In this document: positions 20,415 through 42,751 of the stretch, in pieces | Position numbering within the stretch: the first letter of the stretch is position 1 | How the letters are laid out: the number at the start of each line of letters is the position of its first letter | DNA from: Opitutia bacterium | GTDB lineage: Bacteria; Verrucomicrobiota; Verrucomicrobiia; Opitutales; Coraliomargaritaceae | Reading direction: 5' to 3' | DNA: 64,000 nucleotides | Assembly: GCA_029252625.1 (NCBI GenBank) | Contig: JAQXBA010000021.1 | Span: 25,067 to 89,066, forward strand | The notes under the pieces: generated by a model | Database searches by the model: none | What the model was told of the DNA's origin: nothing | The model's input: the letters and a program-made list of their open reading frames with translations, nothing else | Made by a program: the position numbers and the translations under genes

Positions 20415-21049
20415 TACTGGCCTCCGTTTGCACGAGCGATGAGTGTTTCGATGCCCTTAGCGCTCACAATAATGTGGCGGTAGCGGACAACATCAAGAGT
20501 GCTGAGGTTACCTGCTTCAGCGAGGGAAAGTCCATCGATGTTGCGAGCAGCCAGTGCAGCATTAGTTTCAAAAGCATCGTCGATGATCAAAACCTTACCG
20601 CGCTTAGGAAGCACAGCGCTGAGCACCTTGTTAAAAAGCTTTGTTTTAGGCTCTTTAACTTCGAAAGCCTCAATAACAGAAAGACCACCTTCAGTTGCAC
20701 GATTGAAGAGCGCGCGTTTAAACGCGAGTGCCTTCATCTTGCTGTTGATCTTTTGTGAGTAGTCGCGTGGCTTTGGTCCGTGCGCAACACCACCGTGGCG
20801 TTGATGCGGAACCCGACGAGAGCCCTGACGAGCCGTGCCACTCCCCTTTTGGCGAAAGAGCTTTTTACCCGAACCGCGAACTTCAGCGCGTGTCTTGGTG
20901 CAAGCATTACCCTGGCGAAGATTCGCTTGGTGCGCGATGACTACCTGACGAAGCGCAGCGATGCCCTTATCGTCGGTGAAAGCGGGAAACGCTGAGAATT
21001 CCTTCTCTTCGCTCTTAGCCCCGTCGGCTGTGTATACATTAAGTTTCAT
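20414..21049 (-). CDS. rplD: 50S ribosomal protein L4
   Basis: RQGNACTKTRAEVRGSGKKLFRQKGSGTARQG...GGVAHGPKPRDY. Confidence 0.98.
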   Translation of the reverse strand: MKLNVYTADGAKSEEKEFSAFPAFTDDKGIAALRQVVIAHQANLRQGNACTKTRAEVRGSGKKLFRQKGSGTARQGSRRVPHQRHGGVAHGPKPRDYSQKINSKMKALAFKRALFNRATEGGLSVIEAFEVKEPKTKLFNKVLSAVLPKRGKVLIIDDAFETNAALAARNIDGLSLAEAGNLSTLDVVRYRHIIVSAKGIETLIARANGGQ

Positions 21050-21067
21050 CTTAGTATGTCCCTTCGA

Positions 21068-21712
21068 TTACGCCTTAGAGGCTTTTGTTTTAATCGCAGT
21101 ACGGACGGTGACAAGGCCACCACGTGAGCCAGGAATGCTGCCCTTCACCAGGATCAGATTCTTGTCGGCAATCACTTTAACAACTTCAAGGTTTTGAACG
21201 GTGCGAGATACGTCACCCATGTGACCTGGCATCTTCTTACCCTTGATAACGTGGCCGGGCCACTGACACATACCATAAGAACCACCACGACGGTGGAACA
21301 TGGAACCGTGGGACGCAGGACCACCAGCGAAACCGTAACGCTTCACAACACCTTGGAAACCACGTCCCTTAGTTGTCGCGACGACATCGATTTTCTGGCC
21401 AGCTTCAAAACGCTCAACCGTCAACACATCGCCGAGGTTAATTTCAGTTTCACCATCGGTGCGGAACTCACTGAGTTCTGCAACCGGTTCAACTCCAGCT
21501 TTCTTGAAGTGTCCAAGAGCAGCCTTAGTCAGGCGGTGCTCTTTTTGCTGACGGAAACCAATTTGAATGGCGTCGTATCCGTCCTTGTCAGTCGACTTGA
21601 TCTGTGTAACCGGGCAAGGACCTGCTTCGATGACAGTGACCGGAATCAAACGATTCGCATCGTCAAATACCTGTGTCATACCTATCTTTTTACCAAGTAG
21701 GGCTATGTTCAT
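21068..21712 (-). CDS. rplC: 50S ribosomal protein L3
   Basis: LLGKKIGMTQVF...TKGRGFQGVVKRYGF...KGKKMPGHMG. Confidence 0.99.
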   Translation of the reverse strand: MNIALLGKKIGMTQVFDDANRLIPVTVIEAGPCPVTQIKSTDKDGYDAIQIGFRQQKEHRLTKAALGHFKKAGVEPVAELSEFRTDGETEINLGDVLTVERFEAGQKIDVVATTKGRGFQGVVKRYGFAGGPASHGSMFHRRGGSYGMCQWPGHVIKGKKMPGHMGDVSRTVQNLEVVKVIADKNLILVKGSIPGSRGGLVTVRTAIKTKASKA

Positions 21713-21813
21713 AATACTAATAGGCAGGTGAAGCGGATGCTTCGTTTAAGAGACCTGCGTTAGAAAGTTTAAAAAAATGTGATTTATCGCCTCAGATGGG
21801 AAGCGAGCGACGG

Positions 21814-21842
21814 AAAAAAGAGTGAAATTCCAGCCTCGTCAA
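21814..21842 (-). promoter_or_regulatory. Candidate promoter for the rplC...rplQ block
   Basis: Minus strand reads TTGACG followed after 16-17 nt by CTTTTT/TTTTTT, with an AT-rich tract upstream. The -35 hexamer is the same as at the tRNA-Thr promoter; the -10 match is weak. Confidence 0.4.
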
Positions 21843-22374
21843 CCCCCTATTTCGAAAAAATACATTATTTTTCAAAACGATGCACCTTTGCCTAGTTCCT
21901 ACAAAACAATAGAACCAACACTGCTCGGTACATTGGAACAAAGAACGCAGCACTTTAAGGGGCATTCACATGCCTGATTGCAATAGACTTAAGAAAGTAA
22001 AGCTACAGTGGCAGTGCGGACACTCACCCACTTTCGCCAAGAAAATTCACATCATTGGCAGTCAACAGCAAAGAGGAGTTCATTAAGGCACAAGGGACGC
22101 TACGTTATGTGATTTAGAAATGCCGACATAAACACTTTGAGTCCCGTTAATAACTCAGGAATGATGAATCCCAAGGATGTCGATAATTGTAACTCTCCTA
22201 CACCCTTTGATCAGACTAGCTCGGCGCAGGATATTACAAAACATACTCCTTCGAAAATGCTCCCAGGATGGAGTAACAGATTCGGCGTTACACCTTTAGT
22301 AGTGAAGTATTAAAACAATATGAAACACAGGGAAACGATTCAAGGCGAACGACCACACAATCTAGATCACTTAC

Positions 22375-22409
22375 AAAAAAGCCCGCAACTCTTACGAGAG
22401 GCGGGCTTT
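22375..22409 (-). terminator. Intrinsic terminator after rpsJ
   Basis: GCCCGC stem paired with GCGGGC, followed by a 6-U run on the minus strand, about 40 nt after the rpsJ stop. Confidence 0.8.
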
Positions 22410-22451
22410 AAAAAATTCTGATTACTGCCTTCTGGCTACTACCGGCTGATC

Positions 22452-22760
22452 CTAAACGTTGATCGAGATATCAACACCCGCTGGGAGGTTGAGCTTCTTG
22501 AGCTCGTCCACTGTGGCAGCTGTTGGCTCGACGATGTCGATCAGGCGCTTGTGCGTGCGGACTTCGAATTGGTCCATGGATTTTTTATTAACGTGCGGAG
22601 AACGGTTGACTGTGAGCTTTCCGATGTGAGTCGGAAGAGGCACAGGGCCGGAAACGCGTGCGCCTGAGCGCTTTGCTGTTTCAACGATGTCTGTTGCAGA
22701 CTGGTCGATAACGCGATAATCGAAGCCTTTGAGGCGGATACGGATACGTGGTGAGCTCAT
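22452..22760 (-). CDS. rpsJ: 30S ribosomal protein S10
   Basis: [14 protein letters not shown]...GPVPLPT...[24 protein letters not shown]. Confidence 0.99.
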   Translation of the reverse strand: MSSPRIRIRLKGFDYRVIDQSATDIVETAKRSGARVSGPVPLPTHIGKLTVNRSPHVNKKSMDQFEVRTHKRLIDIVEPTAATVDELKKLNLPAGVDISINV

Positions 22761-22845
22761 ATATTGTACTTGGTTTGGTTAAGTTGGATTTTTTGAAAAA
22801 AATCAGTTTTTAGTTAAAATTTGTTGATTGTTCAGTTCTTAAAGT

Positions 22846-22873
22846 CAGCTCTCAAGCTTCAGCTCTCAGCTCT
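22846..22873. repeat. Heptamer tandem repeat (CAGCTCT, about 4 copies) directly after the fusA stop
   Basis: cagctct caagctt cagctct cagctct is visible in the sequence. Confidence 0.6.
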
Positions 22874-25021
<2,148 letters not shown>

Positions 25022-25065
25022 TGAAATGGACTGGAAAAGAACAGGGGGCGAAGCAGGAATCGAAA

Positions 25066-25539
25066 CTACCAGCGCAGGTGAGCAAATGCACGATTTGCTT
25101 GAGCCATGCGGTGTGTTTCTTCCTTCTTCTTAACGATCGCGCCGGTGTTGTTGTAGGCATCGACGATTTCGTCAGCAAGTGCTTCGTTCATAGGAACGCC
25201 CTTGCGCTTGCGAGCAGCTCCCACCATCCAGCGGAAGGCTAGGCTCTGTTGGCGCTCAAAAGATACTTCGACCGGCACTTGATATGTCGCGCCACCTACG
25301 CGGCGGCTCTTCACTTCAAGCTTAGGGCGAACATTTTCCAGTGCTCCCATGATCAAATCAACTGGATCACCCTTGCCTACTTTTTCGCTTACACGCTCGA
25401 AGGCAGTGTATACGATACGTTGAGCAACGGTGCGCTTACCGCGCTCCATGATCATGTTAACCAGAGTGGTAACCACTTCGCTATTGTAGCGTGGGTCTGG
25501 AATTAAAGGGCGTTTTACGGCTTGTCGACGACGTGACAT
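25066..25539 (-). CDS. rpsG: 30S ribosomal protein S7
   Basis: [18 protein letters not shown]...[15 protein letters not shown]. Confidence 0.99.
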   Translation of the reverse strand: MSRRRQAVKRPLIPDPRYNSEVVTTLVNMIMERGKRTVAQRIVYTAFERVSEKVGKGDPVDLIMGALENVRPKLEVKSRRVGGATYQVPVEVSFERQQSLAFRWMVGAARKRKGVPMNEALADEIVDAYNNTGAIVKKKEETHRMAQANRAFAHLRW

Positions 25540-25569
25540 AATAAAGTTCGTTTAAAGATTAATCCGAGG

Positions 25570-25944
25570 TTACGCCTTCGGGCGTTTAACACCGTATTTG
25601 GAACGACTACGGCGGCGTTTTTCAACACCAACGCAGTCAAGTGTGCCGCGCACGATGTGGTAACGAACACCAGGGAGATCCTTCACGCGACCACCGCGAA
25701 CGAGAACGATGCTGTGCTCCTGAAGGTTGTGGCCTTCATCTGGAATATAAGCGATGACTTCGATTCCATTAGTTAGACGAACCTTTGCGACCTTACGGAT
25801 AGCGGAATTCGGCTTTTTGGGTGTACGTGTCATGACTTGGACACAGACGCCGCGGCGGAACGGATTGGCGCGAAGTGCAGGTGACTTCGTCTTCTCCTTC
25901 TGCACAATACGCGGATTGCGGACGAGTTGATTAATTGTAGGCAT
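25570..25944 (-). CDS. rpsL: 30S ribosomal protein S12
   Basis: MPTINQLVR...[17 protein letters not shown]...[25 protein letters not shown]. Confidence 0.99.
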   Translation of the reverse strand: MPTINQLVRNPRIVQKEKTKSPALRANPFRRGVCVQVMTRTPKKPNSAIRKVAKVRLTNGIEVIAYIPDEGHNLQEHSIVLVRGGRVKDLPGVRYHIVRGTLDCVGVEKRRRSRSKYGVKRPKA

Positions 25945-25981
25945 TGAAAATTTGAATCGCTGGATTTTGAGAAAGACGGCG

Positions 25982-26009
25982 AAAGTAGCGCTTTGAAAAA
26001 GCTGTGCAA
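25982..26009 (-). promoter_or_regulatory. Candidate str-operon promoter
   Basis: Minus strand reads TTGCAC-N16-TACTTT between the rpoC terminator and rpsL. Confidence 0.45.
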
Positions 26010-26074
26010 GAATTATTCTTGGTTTTTTTCGCGATCCGACTGGCGATATTCTAAAATTGTTTAATTGAGAGATG

Positions 26075-26109
26075 AAAAGAGGCGAACGGCATTCGATCCG
26101 CCCGCCTCT
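26075..26109 (-). terminator. Intrinsic terminator after rpoC
   Basis: Minus strand reads AGAGGCGGGCGG...CCGTTCGCCTCT followed by a short T run. Confidence 0.7.
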
Positions 26110-26127
26110 GTAAAGGATTGAAACGGA

Positions 26128-30366
<4,239 letters not shown>

Positions 30367-30407
30367 TAATAAAAACCTTTTTTGAAATTTGCGTTTAAAC
30401 GATACTC

Positions 30408-34196
<3,789 letters not shown>

Positions 34197-34269
34197 AGAG
34201 CGGATGTCCGATGACGGTTAAAAAAGAGTGTGTGACTGACAGGGACCGATCTGGGATCGGCTAAAAGAC

Positions 34270-34318
34270 AAAAACAGTTAGGCGAGGCTCACCTGATTGG
34301 GTGAGCTCACCTAACTGT
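34270..34318 (-). terminator. Long hairpin plus U-tract between rplL and rpoB (terminator or attenuator)
   Basis: Minus strand reads ACAGTTAGGTGAGCTCACC-caat-caGGTGAGCcTCGCCTAACTGT-TTTT. E. coli has an attenuator at the same position. Confidence 0.7.
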
Positions 34319-34361
34319 GAAAAATGTGGGCTATTGAATATAAGCTTGGGTAAGTATCCGA

Positions 34362-34742
34362 TTACTTCAATTCAACCTTAGCACCTGCTGCTTCGAGCTT
34401 CTTCTTGATTTCTTCAGCTTCGTCCTTAGAGGCACCTTCCTTGACAGGCTTAGGTGCACCTTCTACGAGGTCTTTAGCTTCCTTTAGACCGAGGCCTGTG
34501 ATAGCGCGAACTTCCTTAATGGAAGCGATCTTGTTGTCACCAGGAGCTACGAAGATGACGTCAAATTCGTCTTTTTCTTCAACCGCTTCAGCAGCAGCAG
34601 CACCGCCAGCGGCAGCAACAGCGACAGGAGCAGCAGCGCTTACGCCCCACTTCTCTTCCAGTGTTTTAACGAGATCTGCCACTTCGAGCACTGTCTGTGC
34701 GGAGAGGAAATCGATTACTTGTTCTTTTGTGATATCTGCCAT
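34362..34742 (-). CDS. rplL: 50S ribosomal protein L7/L12
   Basis: [14 protein letters not shown]...[19 protein letters not shown]...[11 protein letters not shown]. Confidence 0.99.
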   Translation of the reverse strand: MADITKEQVIDFLSAQTVLEVADLVKTLEEKWGVSAAAPVAVAAAGGAAAAEAVEEKDEFDVIFVAPGDNKIASIKEVRAITGLGLKEAKDLVEGAPKPVKEGASKDEAEEIKKKLEAAGAKVELK

Positions 34743-34875
34743 GATGTTATACCTTTCAAATGGTTAGCATCCCAAGTGTTGGGACATTTAAGAGGGGAAT
34801 TCCTCCTAACCGGATTATTTTGGTTATTTAAGGCCGCCCACCCGGGGGATGAACGACCAAAATTTGATTTGAGAA

Positions 34876-35391
34876 CTACTCGGCGTCTTTTTCGGCCTTG
34901 GCCTGGAGGGCGAAGAGTAGGTTTTGCGGAACAGCGTTGAGAACGCGGACAAATCCGGTCGCAGGCTGTGAAAGAAGTCCAAGGAGTTGACTGCGAAGCG
35001 CTTCGAGGCCCGGAAGTTTCGCCAAGATCGCGATCTCTTCCTTAGTCAGTGGCTTCTCGTTAAGGATGCCGGCCTTAACGTCGACTTTTTCCTTTTTCTT
35101 GAAGAACGCACCGATTGTCTTAGCGACTCCGGATGGGTTGTCACCACCGACGATGATCGCAGTTTGACCAGTCAAGTGCTCACTGAGATCAGGGAGGTCC
35201 TTAGCTGCGGCTGCGACACCGAAAATGCTGTTTTTAACAACGTGGAATTCTGCGTTATGCTCAGAGAGGGAGGCACGCAATTCTGCGATTTCTTCCACTG
35301 TGATACGCTCGTAGTTAGCGAGGTAAACGTAATCAGACTTGTCGAGGTGTTGATTCACCTCTTGAACGAGATATTGTTTTTCTGGTCTCAT
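34876..35391 (-). CDS. rplJ: 50S ribosomal protein L10
   Basis: MRPEKQYLV...FHVVKNSI...LAKLPGLEALRSQLLG, located between rplA and rplL. Confidence 0.97.
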   Translation of the reverse strand: MRPEKQYLVQEVNQHLDKSDYVYLANYERITVEEIAELRASLSEHNAEFHVVKNSIFGVAAAAKDLPDLSEHLTGQTAIIVGGDNPSGVAKTIGAFFKKKEKVDVKAGILNEKPLTKEEIAILAKLPGLEALRSQLLGLLSQPATGFVRVLNAVPQNLLFALQAKAEKDAE

Positions 35392-35407
35392 GTGATGTCA
35401 GTCTCCC

Positions 35408-36112
<705 letters not shown>

Positions 36113-36138
36113 AGTATTTATCTTTAGTGGTTAAAAAA

Positions 36139-36564
36139 TTATCCCGCGACCTCAAGTCCCATCGAACGAGCAGTGCCCGCGATGATCTTGATAGCAGCGT
36201 CCTCATCGGATGCATTCAGATCATTCTTTTTGATCTCGATGATTTCGAGGATTTGCTTGCGCGTGACGGTACCGACTTTGTCGCGATTCGGCACGCCCGA
36301 TCCTTTTGCGATACCGGCAGCCTTCTTAAGAAGAACAGCTGCTGGTGGAGATTTTAGGATGAAACTGAAGGAGCGGTCGGCGTAGACTGTAATGACAACA
36401 GGGAGGATCATGCCCGCCTGGTCCTTAGTCTTCGCGTTATACTCCTTACAGAAGCCCATGATGTTTACACCCTGCGCACCGAGAGCTGGACCAACCGGAG
36501 GGGCTGGGTTAGCTGCACCTGCTGGCAGTTGTAAGCGAATTTGTCCTATTACTTTTTTAGACAT
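36139..36564 (-). CDS. rplK: 50S ribosomal protein L11
   Basis: [32 protein letters not shown]...IAGTARSMG. Confidence 0.99.
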   Translation of the reverse strand: MSKKVIGQIRLQLPAGAANPAPPVGPALGAQGVNIMGFCKEYNAKTKDQAGMILPVVITVYADRSFSFILKSPPAAVLLKKAAGIAKGSGVPNRDKVGTVTRKQILEIIEIKKNDLNASDEDAAIKIIAGTARSMGLEVAG

Positions 36565-36570
36565 GGCTGT

Positions 36571-37143
<573 letters not shown>

Positions 37144-37203
37144 AATTACGTCTGGATCTTAAAAATTAAAGGTGCCTAGATTCTATATTGATTTGGCAAG
37201 GTA

Positions 37204-37407
37204 CTACTGCACCCAAGAGGTTAGCAAATCGACACCATTCATGAGCGAAAAGTCAGTCAGCGCGATAAAGGAGCCCAAAATTGCAGTCGCGACAAGCACA
37301 ACGATTGTCGAATCACGCAATTCAGTCTTGCTCGGCCAAGTAGCTTTTTTGAGCTCGGCCATCGTCTCCTTGTAGAAAAGGCGGATGCTTGTGAATGGAT
37401 TTTTCAT
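37204..37407 (-). CDS. secE: Preprotein translocase SecE
   Basis: MKNPF...ELKKATWPSKTEL followed by one TM helix. The start was moved to the ATG at 37407; the track start lies inside tRNA-Trp. Confidence 0.93.
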   Translation of the reverse strand: MKNPFTSIRLFYKETMAELKKATWPSKTELRDSTIVVLVATAILGSFIALTDFSLMNGVDLLTSWVQ

Positions 37408-37419
37408 TTGATGTAAAAA

Positions 37420-37497
<78 letters not shown>

Positions 37498-37529
37498 GGT
37501 TATTCAACTATAGTGCTGTTTAAGACAGT

Positions 37530-37559
37530 AAAGCCGAGAGCCCTCTTAGGGCCCTCGGC
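37530..37559 (-). terminator. Hairpin after tuf (terminator or processing site)
   Basis: Minus strand reads GCCGAGGGCCCT-AAG-AGGGCTCTCGGC-TTT; the U-tract is short. Confidence 0.5.
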
Positions 37560-37585
37560 GGAAACTGGAATCAATCTAGCTTAGA

Positions 37586-38776
<1,191 letters not shown>

Positions 38777-38820
38777 GATTGATGTGATTTAGTGTTAAGA
38801 GATTGTGATTATATTATTAC

Positions 38821-38895
<75 letters not shown>

Positions 38896-38965
38896 ACATT
38901 AGCAAAGACTATGAAAAGAGCTATTTCACCTCCCACACGGACAGCGTGGAAAATGAAAGTCCGCG

Positions 38966-38994
38966 AAAATGCTCCCCCCTACTAGACCCGTCAA
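38966..38994 (-). promoter_or_regulatory. Candidate promoter of the tRNA-Thr/tuf operon
   Basis: Minus strand reads TTGACG-N17-CATTTT with an A/T-rich upstream element, about 70 nt before the tRNA. Confidence 0.55.
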
Positions 38995-39452
38995 CACTTA
39001 ATTCAAAAAAAACGGCACTACTTTTAAGCCGCTTATCCACAGGTATTTCGCCTACCAAAAAGCCGCGAAAAACGGCTCATCAGTAGTTAGATCATCACAG
39101 TGATCAGGATTACAGACCGCCCACTCGGCAAATCCCTCAAAAAGCTTCGCCCCAAACCCGCAAAAACGCAGGGTTTATTGTGCAAGATCCCCGCAAACAG
39201 CATGCGCTACCATTTCCGCGCCTCGATTGCGGCAATCGCTGGCAGCAGCGCCAAGAGTGAGCTCATAAGAACCATCCCCTATAATTGGCAAGCCTCCTGC
39301 AACAATATCAAAACGATCCCACTCAAGCATTGCTGGTTCTGCTAGCACTGCATCAATAAAAATGCGACGTATTGGCTTTCACAGCCTCGTAGGTTCTCGA
39401 CCAGGGGTTCAGGCAACATTTATGGTAAAATCAACAACCGTCTTCAGCCGAG

Positions 39453-40667
39453 CTACTGCCCCAATCCGAATGCAGCATGCACCACCCGAGTCGCCTCTTC
39501 TGCATCTTTTGGATCGATACCGACCGAGATCTTAATTTCCGAGGTGCTGACCAGCTGAATATTAATGCTCGCAACGGCGAGTGCATCAAAGAGCTTAGCA
39601 GCCACACCAGAGTGCGAGCGCATACCCACACCGACCACAGATACTTTAGCAATATCGTTGGCCTCAAACAGCTTGCCACTTGCTTCGTCTGGAAACGACT
39701 CAGTCACCACCTTCTCTGCACGATAGATATCATCGCGCGGCACAGTAAATGTCATGTTCGCCTTCCCATCGCGACCGATATTCTGCACGATCATGTCGAC
39801 GCTAATATCTGCATCGGCCAAAGCCTTGAAAAGCTTGGCAGCTGTTCCGGGGCGATCCGGCAAATCGCTCGCAACGATCTTTGCCTGATTTTTATCAAGT
39901 GCGACACCGCTCACGACGACGTCTTCCATGGAGGCTGCTTCTTCTTTCACGATAGTTCCCGGGTTGTTGTTAAAACTGGAGCGGACTTCAAATATGACAT
40001 TATATTTTTGCGCAAACTCGACGGCGCGGTTTTGCATGACCTTCGAACCGCTGCTGGCGAGTTCAAGCATTTCTTCGTAGGAGATCTCGTCGAGCTTCGA
40101 CGCACTCGCCACGAGCCGCGGGTCTGCAGTATACACACCGTCTACATCGGTGCAGATTTGGCAAAGGTCTGCATTCAGCGCCGCAGCAATCGCAATCGCA
40201 CTCAGATCGGAACCGCCCCGACCAAGCGTAGTGATCTGTCCATCCGGCGAATGGCCCTGAAAGCCCGCGAGGATGACGACCTTGCCTGCATCGAGCTGAG
40301 CTTGAATGTCGCCACCGGAAATACTGGTGATGCGCGCACGCGTGTGAGCAGGGTCCGTCAAAATACCTGCCTGCGCTCCAGTGCGAGAAACTGCTGGCAC
40401 ACCTAAGGCATGCAGCGCCATCGCAGTCAGAGCGATGGTCTCCTGTTCACCTACGGTGAGCAGCATATCCATCTCACGCTCGTCCGGAGTCGGGTTGAGC
40501 GCCTTCGCACGCGCGATCAAATCGTTCGTCACACCCGAGCGAGCCGACACCACGACAATCACTTGATTGTCAGCATCACGTGTTTCCTTAACCCGACGGG
40601 CGACATTCTTAATGCGATCGACATCGCCGACTGATGTGCCGCCATATTTTTGAACGATGAGTGCCAT
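39453..40667 (-). CDS. lysC: Aspartate kinase with two ACT domains
   Basis: MALIVQKYGGTSVG, TTLGRGGSDLSA, TDVDGVYTADPR, KVSVVGVGMRSHSGVA, STSEIKIS. Confidence 0.97.
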   Translation of the reverse strand: MALIVQKYGGTSVGDVDRIKNVARRVKETRDADNQVIVVVSARSGVTNDLIARAKALNPTPDEREMDMLLTVGEQETIALTAMALHALGVPAVSRTGAQAGILTDPAHTRARITSISGGDIQAQLDAGKVVILAGFQGHSPDGQITTLGRGGSDLSAIAIAAALNADLCQICTDVDGVYTADPRLVASASKLDEISYEEMLELASSGSKVMQNRAVEFAQKYNVIFEVRSSFNNNPGTIVKEEAASMEDVVVSGVALDKNQAKIVASDLPDRPGTAAKLFKALADADISVDMIVQNIGRDGKANMTFTVPRDDIYRAEKVVTESFPDEASGKLFEANDIAKVSVVGVGMRSHSGVAAKLFDALAVASINIQLVSTSEIKISVGIDPKDAEEATRVVHAAFGLGQ

Positions 40668-41204
40668 TTTTTTAAAAGCTAAAAATCTGAAAGTAAAAAG
40701 AGAAGCAGAGAACTGAAGCGAATACTAGGTATGGCAAGTTTCAAGACCAGACTTTCATTAAGCAAAGAGCCTGTCCCTCAAAAGCAGCTGCCTCGATCGA
40801 TTTACAGTGAGACCTGATCAACTGCAACTAATTGCTCTGATCTGCCGTGACCTTTGGTCTGATTGAAACCATTCATCTTAACCGCAGCCCACGCTGCATA
40901 CTTTGGAACTTATCCAACAGCTTGCTTGAAGTCGCATACAGAGCCATTTCATTATCGTCCGCATCGAGGATGAATAACGACTCTCGCCTGGCTATTGCCA
41001 GACTTACTGTGATGCTTATAGCCATACTAGGATTTGTATTCATATTCAGTGCGCGTCATCGCTTTCGACACGCTGGTTTTCATTGGCTCGGGCACAAACA
41101 GAGGCTCATCAATATAAAGTTCGCCCTCATCGGCTTGGCAAAACCTTGATTATCCGTCCACTCAGTCAATAATCGGACTAATATACCATCACACAATCCC
41201 CGCC

Positions 41205-42530
<1,326 letters not shown>

Positions 42531-42535
42531 ACTAA

Positions 42536-42565
42536 GAGTGAGGGTGAGGGTGAGAGTGAGAGTGA
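42536..42565 (-). repeat. Hexamer microsatellite TCAC(T/C)C x5 immediately before the hom start
   Basis: The + strand reads gagtga gggtga gggtga gagtga gagtga. Confidence 0.8.
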
Positions 42566-42668
42566 CGAAGCGCGAATAGCGCGGAGAACAGTGAGCACGC
42601 GAGCCGTGCGGCTCGAAACGATCCAGACAATATGAGGCCTGATAAGTTTCAAGGCCAGAGTTCGCTCG

Positions 42669-42725
42669 TGAAACAGACATTCCTGTCTGTCCTAGAAATT
42701 AGAATAGGCAGAAATGTCTGTATCA
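42669..42725. repeat. REP-like inverted-repeat doublet (ACAGACATTCCTGTCTGT type)
   Basis: TGAAACAGACATTCCTGTCT pairs with AGGCAGAAATGTCTGTATCA (3 mismatches in 20). A degenerate copy lies at 45769-45848. Confidence 0.7.
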
Positions 42726-42751
42726 TACTTCAGCCCAAACGACCGTAACAG

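Noticed and set aside
25570-25944. Possible streptomycin resistance in rpsL; unusual YIPDEG in place of YIPGEG
   Set aside because: Both key lysines (PKKPNS and RVKDLP) are intact, and the single G-to-D change is not enough to claim anything.
39033-39041. Perfect DnaA box TTATCCACA near the tRNA-Thr promoter (possible oriC)
   Set aside because: It is a single box, a given 9-mer is expected about 0.5 times by chance in 64 kb on two strands, and there is no box cluster or dnaA/dnaN nearby.
39477-40406. 309-aa + strand ORF opposite lysC
   Set aside because: Antisense shadow of a well-supported gene, with no motifs.
40668-40800. Lysine riboswitch upstream of lysC
   Set aside because: No L-box sequence elements and no long paired structure; the leader is short and U-rich.
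40847-41149. 100-aa + strand ORF between hom and lysC
   Set aside because: GTG start without an SD, opposite to the operon direction, and no motif; not listed as a CDS.
42531-42680. N-terminal extension of Hom containing LTLTLTLTL
   Set aside because: Artefact of reading through a REP and a hexamer microsatellite; the real start is 42530.
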